Source: Terriglobia bacterium
GTDB taxonomy: Bacteria > Acidobacteriota > Terriglobia > 20CM-2-55-15
Length of the DNA stretch: 64,000 nucleotides
Assembly (NCBI GenBank): GCA_965198225.1
Contig: CBDAOY010000007.1
Coordinates: forward strand, 928,001 to 992,000
Direction of reading: 5' to 3'
A model generated the notes under the pieces. That model was not told the DNA's origin and made no database searches. It saw only the letters and a list, made by a program, of their open reading frames with translations. Positions 1-10,839 of this stretch are shown here, one piece after another. A program made the translations under genes and the position numbers. Within the stretch, counting starts at the first letter, position 1; every line of letters begins with the position of its first letter.

Positions 1-14
1 TTGGGCGACGCCGG

Positions 15-659
15 ATGAGACCGCTGATTATCTTCGATCTCGACGGCACCCTCGTCGACTCAAAACCGGACCTGTGCGCTTCGGTCAACTACGTTCGGCT
101 GCAGTACGGCCTTTCTCCCCTGCGCGAAGAGGAGATCGCCGGCTTGATCGGCGACGGCGCCTCCGCGCTCATCCGGCGTGCGCTCGAAGATCAGGCCTCG
201 GAACGCAACATCGAGGATGGTCTGCACATGTTCCTGTGGTACTACCGGGATCACATGCTCGATCAGACCGGACTGTATGATGGGGTGGAGGAGACTCTTC
301 ACGCGCTCGAAGACTGTGAACTGGCGGTTCTCACCAACAAGCCCTACCGATTCAGCCGCGCAATGCTCGAGGGGCTGGGCGTCGAGCACCATTTTTCGGC
401 GATCTATGGCGGTAACAGCTTCGAGCAGAAGAAGCCCGATCCTGTAGGCGTGTTTCGCATCCTGTCCGACACGAAGGGTCGTCCGGAATCGACCTGGATG
501 GTCGGCGATTCCTCGATCGACGTGATGACCGGACGCAACGCGGGCGTGACGACCTGCGGAGTCACTTACGGCTACGCCGCGGAGACGTTTGAAGCCACAC
601 CTCCCGACTTCCTGATTGACAAAATTGACCAGTTGGAGGATCTAATAAGGCGCCGTTAG
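15..659 (+). CDS. gph: HAD-superfamily hydrolase, phosphoglycolate phosphatase-like
   Basis: FDLDGTLVDS motif I, TNK, KKPDP and MVGDS..D motifs. Confidence 0.8.
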   Translation: MRPLIIFDLDGTLVDSKPDLCASVNYVRLQYGLSPLREEEIAGLIGDGASALIRRALEDQASERNIEDGLHMFLWYYRDHMLDQTGLYDGVEETLHALEDCELAVLTNKPYRFSRAMLEGLGVEHHFSAIYGGNSFEQKKPDPVGVFRILSDTKGRPESTWMVGDSSIDVMTGRNAGVTTCGVTYGYAAETFEATPPDFLIDKIDQLEDLIRRR

Positions 660-717
660 CCTTGGATTTCTCATAAGAAGCACAGGCTGCCGCGTCTCAA
701 GCGCGAGAAACCCGCTC

Positions 718-790
718 GTGTAGGTGCGCTCTATGAGCGCACAAATGTCCGCGGAACGACAAGTTGTGAGGTCATAGACCGCACCTACAC
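718..790. repeat. REP doublet (REPIN), GTAG family
   Basis: GTAGGTGCGCTCTATGAGCGCAC ... GGTCATAGACCGCACCTAC inverted pair; recurs at 29156, 47120, 48545-49228, 58984. Confidence 0.85.
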
Positions 791-833
791 CCGGAAGAAG
801 GGTTAGTGAGAATCGGCGGGTTTAGGGGGTCCC

Positions 834-2303
834 TTGCTCGAGGTCCGAAACTACATCCACGGGGAATGGATCGTTCCCGATTCCGGTCGAGCAATCGAGG
901 TGCGAAACCCTGCCGACAGGGACGATGTCGTGGGAAAAGGCTTTCTCGCGGGGCCAGCGGCAGCGGAGGCTGCTGTTGCGGCAGCGGAGGGAGCTCGTGC
1001 CGGTTGGGCGGCCACACCCGTTCCCAAGCGCGGTGAGATCATCGAACGCGCCGCAGACCTCCTCAAGTCCGCCCAGGATGACCTCGCTCGTCTGCTGACG
1101 CGCGAGGAGGGAAAGACGCTAGCCGATGCGCGCGGCGAGTTGTACCGCGCATACAATGTACTGAACTACGTTGCGGCTGAGTGCCGGCGTCCCGCGGGGA
1201 ATCTGATCCCGTCGGAACTGGAAAGGAACCTCACCTACACAGTAAGGCAACCTCTCGGGGTTGTTGCTCTGATCACCCCCTGGAATTTTCCGGTCGCGAT
1301 TCCGGCGTGGAAGATCGGACCCGCGCTGGCGGCGGGCAACACGGTCGTTTTCAAACCCTCATCGACGACCCCGCTGACCGCAGCAATGCTCGTGGAGATC
1401 TTCGAGCAGGCGGGAACGCCGCCGGGCGTGCTGAACCTGCTCGTCGGATCCAGCTCGGAGATCGGGGATCGCCTCATCGACGACCGGCGTATACGTGGAA
1501 TCTCGTTCACGGGATCGTCTGAGAACGGAACCCGCATCTACACGGCTTGCGCGAATCGGGCAGCCAAGGCGCAGTGTGAGATGGGTGGGAAGAACCCGGT
1601 GCTCGTGCTCGAGGACGCGGATCTCGACCTCGCGGCTGACGGTATCGTCAGCGGCGCGTTCGGTTCGACCGGCCAGCGCTGTACTGCGACCAGTCGCGCT
1701 GTCTTCGAAGAAGCAATCGCCGACGAGATGATCGAGAAGGTCGTCGATCGTGTTTCGGAGTGGAAGATCGGGAACGGGCTCGATCCCGAGGTCCACATGG
1801 GGCCTCTCGTCAGCGAGGCGCAGCTTCGAACTGTCGAGGGGTACATCGACATCGGGCGGAACGAGGGCGCGACGCTGGTCTACGGCGGTGGGCGGGTCGA
1901 AGACGTGCCTGGGTTTTTCATCCAGCCGACCGTATTCGACCGTGTCGAGCGCACCTACCGTATCGCCCAGGAAGAGATCTTCGGCCCGGTTCTCTCGGTG
2001 ACGCGAGTCGGTGACTACGACGAGGGGCTGGCTGCTGTCAACGATTCCCAGTACGGGTTGGCCGGCTCGATCTACTCGGCCGACAACGCCCGGGTCTTCG
2101 ATTTCTGTGAGCGGGCCGAGGTGGGTATGGTCCACGTCAATTCCCCGACTGTCGGCGGCGAAGCTCAGATACCGTTTGGAGGCATCAAAAACTCCGGTAT
2201 CGGAGACCGCGAGCAGGGACCGACGGCGCTGGATTTCTACTCCGATTTGAAGATCGTCTACGTGGACTACACCGGGCGTGCCCGGAAGAGCAAATTCTAC
2301 TGA
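834..2303 (+). CDS. Aldehyde dehydrogenase family protein (alpha-ketoglutaric semialdehyde DH-like)
   Basis: ITPWNFP, FTGS, EMGGKNP, GQRCTA catalytic Cys, EEIFGP, PFGG. Confidence 0.9.
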   Translation: MLEVRNYIHGEWIVPDSGRAIEVRNPADRDDVVGKGFLAGPAAAEAAVAAAEGARAGWAATPVPKRGEIIERAADLLKSAQDDLARLLTREEGKTLADARGELYRAYNVLNYVAAECRRPAGNLIPSELERNLTYTVRQPLGVVALITPWNFPVAIPAWKIGPALAAGNTVVFKPSSTTPLTAAMLVEIFEQAGTPPGVLNLLVGSSSEIGDRLIDDRRIRGISFTGSSENGTRIYTACANRAAKAQCEMGGKNPVLVLEDADLDLAADGIVSGAFGSTGQRCTATSRAVFEEAIADEMIEKVVDRVSEWKIGNGLDPEVHMGPLVSEAQLRTVEGYIDIGRNEGATLVYGGGRVEDVPGFFIQPTVFDRVERTYRIAQEEIFGPVLSVTRVGDYDEGLAAVNDSQYGLAGSIYSADNARVFDFCERAEVGMVHVNSPTVGGEAQIPFGGIKNSGIGDREQGPTALDFYSDLKIVYVDYTGRARKSKFY

Positions 2304-2319
2304 AAGAGGAGAGTTTGAA

Positions 2320-4377
2320 ATGAATGTACGCAGCCATTCCACCTCCGGACGCGGACTGGTAATCGCAATGCTGTTCGTCGCGACCTCCGCGGCCGCTTTG
2401 ATCCAGCCCGTGGTCGCAACCGAGGCCGGTCAGGCCGGTCCGAGCGGGACGGGGCTACCGATAGATGCTCTTGCCGAAACGGTCTGGGTGGAGGAGTTCG
2501 ACGTTTCTCCCGACGGGCGCTTGCTTGCCTACAAGTCCGCGAAGGCCGGCACCTATGACATCTGGGTGGCGCCGATCGCAGGTGGAGAGCCCACTCAGCT
2601 GACGAACTTGAGTGGGCGCGAGATGGCGCCGAAGTTCAGTCCCGACAGCCGCTGGATTGCTTTCGAGGTGGACTTCGGTGGCGTCAATGTGCGTGATCTC
2701 TATATCGTACCCTCCGCCGGCGGCGAGGCCATCCGCTTGACCAAGCATCCGCTCAACGACAGCTCTCCGATGTGGTCTTCCGACAGCAGGAAGATCTACT
2801 TCTCGACCGGTATGTTCTTCGACAGTTCCGTCGCGGTCGTTGACGTCGAGACTCACGAGATCGAACGGGTGCGCTCGGGTGGAGGCGGTCAGAGCCTCTC
2901 GCCGGACGGCACGATGTTCGCTTTTACAGGGAACCGCAGGCCCAACGACGACGCCAATAGCAACCGGGACATCTATGTCGCTCCCGTTGGCGAAGGTGAA
3001 GCCCGTCTGCTGACCCCGGACACCTTCGACGCGCGGGATTCGGCTCCCGTGTGGTCCCCCGACGGGCGGAGCATCGCTTTCATTTCCGACCGCGACGGCT
3101 TCAACAACCTTGGGGTGATCGATGTCCGATCCGGGCAGACGCGAATGCTGCTCACCGAAGAGATCGAACACAGCGAGCCGCGCTGGTCTCCCGACGGGGA
3201 GTGGATCTCGTTCACGAAGAACCTGGACTACCAGTACCACATCTTCAAGATACCCGCCGCGGGTGGAGAAGCGATTCAGTTGACCCAGCGGGGCGGTGTC
3301 AACGGCGGCTCGTCTGCCATGGGCCAGACGCGTGGAGATCACGTGTGGCACCCCGACGGGCAGAGGCTGGTCTTTTACCATTCGGATCCCACGATGACCG
3401 GCGACGTCTGGATCATGTCCGACTCCGGTGACAATGCGCGCCAGATCACCAACCACCAGCCGGCGACGCTGACGGATCCAGATCTCTTCGTCTGGCCGGA
3501 GTTCATGGAATACAAGAGCTTCGACGGACGCGAGGTTGCCGGTCTTGTGTACAAGCCGAAGGGAAGCCAGGCCGGAGACCGCCTGCCCGCGCTGTTTTTC
3601 TTCCGAGCGAACGCCAGCGGCCAGCACCCCGTGCAGTGGCATCCCTACGTCCAGTACTTCGTCAGTCGGGGGTATCTGGTCTTCGCTCCCAACTTCAGAG
3701 GGAGTACGGGCCGTGGGAAGAATTACCGGCAGGCCGTGCACAGGCACGGCGGCGACCACGACCTGCGCGATGCTTTCATCGGGATGGACAAGCTGGCGGC
3801 GGATGGATGGGTCGACCCGGACCGGGTCGGCGCCTTCGGCGGCTCAACTGGTGGTTTCTTCACGACCACGGCGGTGACGAAGGACCCTCAACGGTTTAAG
3901 GCGGGCGTCGTCTGGTACGGATCGACCGATCTGGTAACGCTGTCGACCTATGGTGGGATGGAAGGTTGGAACAAGTTCCTGATCGGGGACACTCCCCTGG
4001 AGAATCCGGAGAACTATTACAGCCGATCCATCATCTATCATGCGGATCGCGTGAAAGTCCCTCTGCTGTTTCTCTACTCCCAGGGTGACTCCGCGGCACG
4101 CTTCCAGCAGATCGAACAGTACGGAATCCAGGCCCTGGTGCACGGAAACTGGTTCGACTGGGTGGTCTATGCGAACGAGCCGCATGGCTGGTACCACTGG
4201 CGACCCGACAGCGTCCGGAACTCACTCGCGATCATGAGCCGGTTGTTCGACAAGTTCATCCTGGGCGTCGAAGGTGACGTGAAGGGTCTGGCTGCCGAGC
4301 AACGTGAGGGCATACGAATCCGCCGAAACCCGACGATCGAACTCTGGAACTCGCTGCGGAACGGCCGCCCCCAGTAG
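2320..4377 (+). CDS. S9 family peptidase with N-terminal PD40/TolB-like beta-propeller
   Basis: RBS GAGGAG before ATG 2320; signal-like N-terminus; repeated W/FSPDG; NFRGSTG, GGSTGG nucleophile, EPHG His. Confidence 0.85.
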   Translation: MNVRSHSTSGRGLVIAMLFVATSAAALIQPVVATEAGQAGPSGTGLPIDALAETVWVEEFDVSPDGRLLAYKSAKAGTYDIWVAPIAGGEPTQLTNLSGREMAPKFSPDSRWIAFEVDFGGVNVRDLYIVPSAGGEAIRLTKHPLNDSSPMWSSDSRKIYFSTGMFFDSSVAVVDVETHEIERVRSGGGGQSLSPDGTMFAFTGNRRPNDDANSNRDIYVAPVGEGEARLLTPDTFDARDSAPVWSPDGRSIAFISDRDGFNNLGVIDVRSGQTRMLLTEEIEHSEPRWSPDGEWISFTKNLDYQYHIFKIPAAGGEAIQLTQRGGVNGGSSAMGQTRGDHVWHPDGQRLVFYHSDPTMTGDVWIMSDSGDNARQITNHQPATLTDPDLFVWPEFMEYKSFDGREVAGLVYKPKGSQAGDRLPALFFFRANASGQHPVQWHPYVQYFVSRGYLVFAPNFRGSTGRGKNYRQAVHRHGGDHDLRDAFIGMDKLAADGWVDPDRVGAFGGSTGGFFTTTAVTKDPQRFKAGVVWYGSTDLVTLSTYGGMEGWNKFLIGDTPLENPENYYSRSIIYHADRVKVPLLFLYSQGDSAARFQQIEQYGIQALVHGNWFDWVVYANEPHGWYHWRPDSVRNSLAIMSRLFDKFILGVEGDVKGLAAEQREGIRIRRNPTIELWNSLRNGRPQ

Positions 4378-4598
4378 CTCTCGATCGGGTGGCAACGTCC
4401 AGATCTGTTGTCAACGCAAGAGTCGCGGAGACACAGGCAGGGAAAGATTCGGGATGTTTGGGGTACCGGTCAGCTCCGGTCCTTCGCCGGTCGGCGATCT
4501 GCCTCGGCAGGTTCTGAAGCCCACATGTCCGATAATGCGTTACTCAAGCATGTGACTTGCTGATTGACCCCAACTCCTTCCTGTAGTCTTATTTACGG

Positions 4599-7217
4599 GT
4601 GATTCAGCCCGGTTCCAAGCTTGCACACTACGAAATCGTTTCTGCCCTAGGAAAGGGCGGTATGGGCGAGGTGTGGCGTGCGCAGGACTCCAAGCTCGGG
4701 CGCGAAGTGGCCATCAAGACCCTGCCCGAAAGGTTCGCACAAGACGGGGAACGCCTGGCCCGATTTGAGCGTGAGGCCAAACTGCTCGCCTCGTTGAACC
4801 ATCCCAACATCGCTGCGATCTACGGTCTGGAAGAAGACAACGGCACGCGGTTCCTCGTCCTCGAACTCGTCGAGGGCGACACGCTTGCCGACCGGCTCAA
4901 GCAGGGGGCCACCCCGGTCGAGGAATCCCTCAAGCTCGCACTCCAGATTGCCGAAGCACTCGAAGCCGCGCACGAGAAGGGCGTCATCCACCGCGACTTG
5001 AAGCCCTTAAATATAAAGGTCACGCCCGAGGGCAAGATCAAGGTCCTGGACTTCGGACTAGCGAAGGCGTTTGCCGGGGACGGTTCAGACCCGAACCTGT
5101 CGCAGTCACCGACGTTGAGCATGGCGGCGACGCAGCAAGGGGTCATCCTCGGCACCGCCGCCTACATGTCGCCCGAACAGGCACGGGGCCAGGAAGCCGA
5201 CAAGCGGGCCGATGTGTGGGCGTTCGGATGCGTCCTGTTCGAGATGCTGGCCGGTCGACGCGCGTTCCCAGGCGAATTGGCCTCCGACATTCTGGCCGCC
5301 GTGATCCGGGCCGAACCGGAGTGGAGCGGATTGCCCGCGAACCTCCATCCCCACGTCGTCGAGTTGCTCGAACGCTGTCTGGAGAAAGACCCGAAGAACC
5401 GCTGGCACCATGTCGCCGACGTTCGTGTGGGCATCGAAAGAGTTCAGGCGGACCCCGCAGGGCTTCTGGATCGGACCGGTTCGGCCTCACCTGAGGTGGG
5501 GCGTCGCCTCTTGCCCTGGGCAACCGGTGTTGCTGGCGCAGTTCTTGCCTTGATGTTCACAACCGTATTTGTGGAGTCGCCTACCACCCCCGGTGACGTG
5601 ACCCGCCTGACACTGACGCTCCCGTCCGACCAGCGGCTCGCCGGTAGAAAATCGATGACGCTCTCACCCGACGGCAGTCGGGTCGTGTACACGGCCAGCA
5701 CCGGCGGTCGGCCCATGCTGTACGTGCGGCCGCTCGACCAGTACGAGGCCACTGCAATTACTGGAACCGAGGGGGCGGCGGATCCGTTCTTCTCTCCGGA
5801 CAGCCAGTCGGTGGGCTTCTTCGCGGAAGGGCGACTGAAGACCGTTCGGTTGTCAGGTGGGCTGCCGAATCCTCTCGCCCCCGCCCCGTTTGCTTTCGGC
5901 GCGGATTGGGGTGAAGACGAGCACATTATTTACAGCCCCACGCTGAACAGTGGGCTGTGGCGGGTCCCGGAAGGGGGCGGGCAGCCCGGGCAGCTGACTG
6001 CGCCGGATCCTGACGGCGGAGAGTACGGCCATGTCCATCCTCAATACCTTCCTGATGGCCACAGTGTCCTGTTCAGTGTGTGGGGGCCGCGCACCCCAGC
6101 GATCCTTTCGCTGGACACGGGGCAGTGGGAAGCAATAAATCTCTCAGCAAGATCCGGTCAGGCATTCTATCTTTCGACGGGCCATCTCCTCTTCGCCTCG
6201 GGGCCACAAGTAGAGGCGATCCCATTCGATCCGGCGAGTCTTTCGGCGGCGGGTAGCAGCGCCGGCGTCCTGACTGACGCTGCCAGGAGCGTGGGTTTCG
6301 TCTTTTCGACGGCGAACAACGGGACACTCGCCTACCTTCCGAAGCAGCCGTCCCAATTGGTGTGGGTCGACAGACGAGGGAATAAAGAGCCACTGGAGGT
6401 ACCCACGGGCGAGTACGGCAGGCCCCGGCTATCCCCAGGTGGCAACCGCGTTGCCGCATTGCAGTCGGGAGGCGTGGCCGCGTTGCTGGTGATCGATATC
6501 GCAAGCGGCACTCCGACGACGATACCGACACCGGGAAGGGGTACTTTAGGCCTTGTGTGGATGGACGACGGGACCCTGATCTTTGGATCGAACAGAGCCG
6601 ACAATTTCGACATCTATTACGTCGATGTGGACAGCGGTGGAGCGATGGAAGCGATCCTGGTCAAGGCGTTCGATCAGATGCCCTCATCCTGGCTTCCGGA
6701 AGAACGCCTGCTCGCTTACAGAGAGATCAATCCGGTCACCGGCGCCGACATCTGGTTGCTGGACCTGGACGACGGTGAGCCGAGACCGCTCGTTGTCACC
6801 TCGGGCTACGACCGTTTCGCCCAATTTTCACCCGACGGCAACTGGGTGGCCTACGCGTCCGATGAGTCGGGTCGCGACCAGGTCTTCATCTGCTCGTTAA
6901 CCGATTGCACCGGAGTTCGGAGGACCGTGGGGTTCGGGAGCGAACCGCACTGGTCACCCGATAGCCGGGACTTGTTCTTTCGCCACGGGAACCAGGTGAT
7001 GGCGAGAGAGATCACGGACGCGTCAACAATGACCCTTGGTAATGAGACGCGGATGCTCTTCGAGGATCAATTTCGGTATCCGACGTTCGACCTTGCTTCA
7101 TACGACCTCCATCCAGACGGCGACCGCTTCCTCATGATTAGCGACCCGACGAACGACGAGATCCGGGTAATCTTGAACTGGGTTGAAGAGTTGAAGGAAT
7201 TGGTGCCGGTCCCATAA
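4599..7217 (+). CDS. Ser/Thr protein kinase with hydrophobic segment and C-terminal PD40 repeats
   Basis: GKGGMGEV, VAIK, HRDLKP, DFGLAK, GTAAYMSPEQ; SPDG repeats. Confidence 0.92.
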   Translation: MIQPGSKLAHYEIVSALGKGGMGEVWRAQDSKLGREVAIKTLPERFAQDGERLARFEREAKLLASLNHPNIAAIYGLEEDNGTRFLVLELVEGDTLADRLKQGATPVEESLKLALQIAEALEAAHEKGVIHRDLKPLNIKVTPEGKIKVLDFGLAKAFAGDGSDPNLSQSPTLSMAATQQGVILGTAAYMSPEQARGQEADKRADVWAFGCVLFEMLAGRRAFPGELASDILAAVIRAEPEWSGLPANLHPHVVELLERCLEKDPKNRWHHVADVRVGIERVQADPAGLLDRTGSASPEVGRRLLPWATGVAGAVLALMFTTVFVESPTTPGDVTRLTLTLPSDQRLAGRKSMTLSPDGSRVVYTASTGGRPMLYVRPLDQYEATAITGTEGAADPFFSPDSQSVGFFAEGRLKTVRLSGGLPNPLAPAPFAFGADWGEDEHIIYSPTLNSGLWRVPEGGGQPGQLTAPDPDGGEYGHVHPQYLPDGHSVLFSVWGPRTPAILSLDTGQWEAINLSARSGQAFYLSTGHLLFASGPQVEAIPFDPASLSAAGSSAGVLTDAARSVGFVFSTANNGTLAYLPKQPSQLVWVDRRGNKEPLEVPTGEYGRPRLSPGGNRVAALQSGGVAALLVIDIASGTPTTIPTPGRGTLGLVWMDDGTLIFGSNRADNFDIYYVDVDSGGAMEAILVKAFDQMPSSWLPEERLLAYREINPVTGADIWLLDLDDGEPRPLVVTSGYDRFAQFSPDGNWVAYASDESGRDQVFICSLTDCTGVRRTVGFGSEPHWSPDSRDLFFRHGNQVMAREITDASTMTLGNETRMLFEDQFRYPTFDLASYDLHPDGDRFLMISDPTNDEIRVILNWVEELKELVPVP

Positions 7218-7268
7218 GGCCCTTCCGTCTCGCTGACCAACCCCTCCAATCACCGATAACCTTCTCCC

Positions 7269-8276
7269 ATGCCTCCTCGCAATCGCCACTGCCCGAAGTG
7301 TCAGGCCCAGGCCCGCCAACGTTGGCTTGAAGCGCGCCAGAGCGAACTGCTACCCACACCCTATTTCCATGTCGTGTTCACTCTCCCGCATCAGCTCCAT
7401 CCGCTGATCCGACACAACATGGTCGTGCTCTACAACCTGCTGTTTCGGACCGTCGCCGCAACGCTTCGGGAAGTCGCGGCCAATCCGGAACGTCTGGGCG
7501 CCCAGGTCGGTTTCTTTGCCGTCCTCCACACCTGGAGCCAGAATCTGCAGTTTCATCCGCATATCCACTGCGTGGTTCCCGCCGGCGGACTCGATGCCGA
7601 CCACACCCGTTGGGTCCCCGGTTCCCAGAGATTCTTCTTACCCATCCCGGTACTCCGCGACGTGTTCCGCGGTAAGTTCGTCGATGCCCTCGAGGCCGCC
7701 TTTACCAAGAACCAACTCCGTTTCTCTGGATCCATTCAGTTCCTAGAACTCTCCAAGTGCTTTCGCGCTCTGATCCGTAGCCTCCATCACCGCCAATGGG
7801 TCGTCTATGCCAAACCGCCCTTCGGAGGACCCGAACAGGTGCTCCGCTATCTCGGCCGCTACACCCACCGGGTCGCGATCTCCAACCATCGATTGGTTTC
7901 GTTTGACCGAGACCAGGTCCGATTCCGTTGGCGGGATTACCGCAACGGCAACAAGAAACGCAAATTGACGCTGAGGACCGAAGAGTTCATCCGACGATTC
8001 CTGCTCCACGTTCTGCCCAAACGTTTCGTCCGCATTCGCTACTTCGGCTTCATGACCAACCGTTCCCGCAAACCTTCAATCGCGCTGTGCCGGCAACTGA
8101 TATCGAAACAAACTGCGTCTGGAGAAGAATCCATCGCACCGCCGTCCACGACCACGACTCGTTCCACATGGACGTGTCCGGAATGTGGTGGACCTATGAA
8201 AGTTCGACAGCGGCTCACCGCTCTCGACATACGACGAGGAGGACTGACCCGTTGTATGGGCTTCAATACGTCCTAA
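7269..8276 (+). pseudogene. IS91-like (Y2 HUH) transposase, N-terminally truncated
   Basis: RNRHCPKCQ, HTW..HPHIHC, YLGRYTHRVAISN; begins mid Zn-domain relative to the full paralog at 16931; no integrase partner. Confidence 0.8.
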
Positions 8277-8739
8277 TCCGCGATGAACAACTCGACCATC
8301 TGGATCTGCTCCCGCAGGCCCACGCACTGCTACGTCTACTCCCGCAAATCCAGCTCCCAATCTCCTCCCATCGCCCTCGATCTGGATCCACAATCACGAC
8401 CGGTTCCCATCATCGCCCTCACAATCACTCGATTCTTCCAACTTGCACGCGCACTTCGAGCTCAAAAACACCTGCCAGCCCATACCTTCTCCATAGGCCC
8501 ACCGTCTTCGCCTGATTCCCGCCCGCTTCCTTCAAACTTCGTTATCCATATTGCCCGGTCCGTCCGATTCCGCCGATCCTGCTACCGGGTCGACGCCGGG
8601 CAATTCCGATCAACGCTAGCGGTATTACGTCCGGGTGACTGTTTGTTGTGTTCAACTCCTTCCTGCCGTAGTATTTACCAAATTTTCCGACAGCGACAAT
8701 TTAACGCCAGCAAGGTAAAGCGACGGAGGCACCGTAGCT

Positions 8740-9027
8740 ATGCCCCTCGAATCCGGCAGCCATCTCGGTAGCTACGAGATCTTGTCCGCTCTGGGCGAGG
8801 GAGGCATGGGCGAAGTGTGGCGTGCCCGGGACGCGAAGCTCGAGCGTGAAGTCGCCATCAAGACCCTTTCCGAGGAGTTCGCCAAGGATGAAGAACGGCT
8901 GTCCCGGTTTGAACGTGAAGCCAAGCTACTCGCGTCGCTGAACCATCCCAACATCGCGTCCAACTACGGACTGGAAGAACAGACCGGCTCCCGTTCTCTC
9001 ATTCTGGAGGAGAAGAGGCTATGGTAA
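8740..9027 (+). pseudogene. Ser/Thr kinase N-lobe fragment
   Basis: Near-identical to residues ~1-88 of the 4599 kinase; stops before the catalytic loop. Confidence 0.85.
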
Positions 9028-10212
9028 CCCCTGATTTGCTTCAAATTGTACAAGACCTTGAACCGACGATCCTCCGTCACGCTGCCACGGCAGAGGACAA
9101 CCGGGAGATGGCACCGAGGTAATGTCGGCCCTTGTCGACTCCGGTTTACTCAAGATGTGGGTTCCGGAGGCATTCGGCGGACTGGAGATTGCGCCAAACG
9201 ATGCTCTCCATGTAATGGAAGAACTTTCGCGCATCGATCCTGCAACAGGGTGGGTGGTCAGCAATTGCGTGTTCATCTCTATCCTCGGTCAGTTCCTTCC
9301 ACTTCCCGTCGTGCAAGAGCTTCTAGGAGGCCCTGGGACTGTGACCTGCGGCACCTTCGTGCCACCGGGAACCGCGAAAGAGATCGGGGATAGCTACATC
9401 ATCAACGGTAATTGGTCCTTCGGCAGTGCATCGCACTACGCGTCGAGTCTGGTGACGTTGAGCGTATTGTCCGACGACGATGGTCCTGTGATGGGGGAAG
9501 GCGATGCGCCAGTGACTATTCTCGCCTTCTTCGAACCCAAGGACGTGACCTTCCTCGATACTTGGTACACCCTTGGGCTTCGAGCGACCGGAAGCAAGAA
9601 CTTCACGGCCGAAAACCTACACGTGCCTCGTGATCATGCCTACGTACTTGGCCCCTGGGAAACGACAGAGGGTCCGTTCGCCTCACCTCTTTATCGCATG
9701 GGCCTGATCATAGACGCCGTCCGTATAGCGCAGGTCGGCGTTGGCATCGCGCAGGGCGCGCCGATTTTTCAGCAGTGGGCGCGCTGGAGGAGTTCGTTGA
9801 GCTTGCGTCAGCTAAGACCCCAGCCTACACGGTGAAACTCACCGCCGATCGGGCGACGGTGCAAGAGCGCGTGGCCAAAGCCCAAGCGCTCATCCAGGCT
9901 GCCCGTCACACCCTGAGATACACCGTGGGCGATGCCTGGGACTCGGTTCAGGACGATCCCCGTATCACGGGACAAACATGCGTGCCTATGGGGCTAGCGG
10001 CATCGTACGCGCTAGATGCTTCGGTTCAGGGTGTCGATCTGTTGTATGAATCAGGCGGGTCCACGTCATTCCGCAACGAGTCACCTCTGCAGAAGCGATT
10101 TCGAGATTTGCAGACGCTCCGCCAGAACGCCATCGCTTCGTGGAGCCGCTACGAATCATTGGGTAAGCTCATCCTGGGGCGAGAAAGCGACTGGCCGTTC
10201 CACCAGCTATGA
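9021..10212 (+). pseudogene. Acyl-CoA dehydrogenase-fold flavin monooxygenase (HsaA/DszC-like), two frameshifts
   Basis: ATG 9021 frame reads [32 protein letters not shown], then shifts (~9117) into the 9122 frame (PEAFGG, NGNWSFGS, GLRATGS); a 23-bp insertion at 9762-9784 shifts into the C-terminal frame (LQKRFRD). Confidence 0.8.
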
Positions 10213-10281
10213 TGCAGACCCCAAATGCGTCAATGCCAGAAGCCGTGAGGACAGGCTCCCGTCCTTCAAAGGGGTTTGACG

Positions 10282-10821
10282 ATGCGACTTGAATCGTTCA
10301 TCGCATGCTGTTGGAAGAGTCATAGACTGACGACCGAAGCCTGCCGTTTGCTGCCGCCAGACAAGTGGGGATGGAGGCCAACAGATAAGGTCTTCACAGC
10401 GGGCGAACTGATTTGCCACATGGCCTACTTGCGGTGTTGGTTCGCCGAGTCGGCCGTGAGGGCGAACTCCGAGTGGAGGCCCGACGAGGCGGCCGGTCCG
10501 ATCCGCTCGATCGAGAGAGGGCTCCTCCTTCTCTCTGAGTGCCACGACTACGCTACGGAGCTCTATGGTACGTTGAGCGATGCTCAGTTTGAGGAAACGA
10601 TCGAGACCCTGTACGGGTTTGACTGCCCACGCTGGCAGCTAGCTGAGGGCATGATCGACCACGAAACGCATCATCGCGGTCAGCTTCACACCTACCTGCG
10701 ACTGCTCGGTGTGCCTGGCGACAGATTGGCGCCGATATTTCATCATGTGTGCACGCTAAGAGCGGGCTCGGACCCGGTATCGCAGCCTCTGGCCCTCGGT
10801 AGCACTCGGTGCCTGTCATAG
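10282..10821 (+). CDS. DinB family protein
   Basis: W(R)P...TAGELICH and HETHHRGQL motifs. Confidence 0.8.
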   Translation: MRLESFIACCWKSHRLTTEACRLLPPDKWGWRPTDKVFTAGELICHMAYLRCWFAESAVRANSEWRPDEAAGPIRSIERGLLLLSECHDYATELYGTLSDAQFEETIETLYGFDCPRWQLAEGMIDHETHHRGQLHTYLRLLGVPGDRLAPIFHHVCTLRAGSDPVSQPLALGSTRCLS

Positions 10822-10839
10822 CAACCGATTGGAGGTCAG

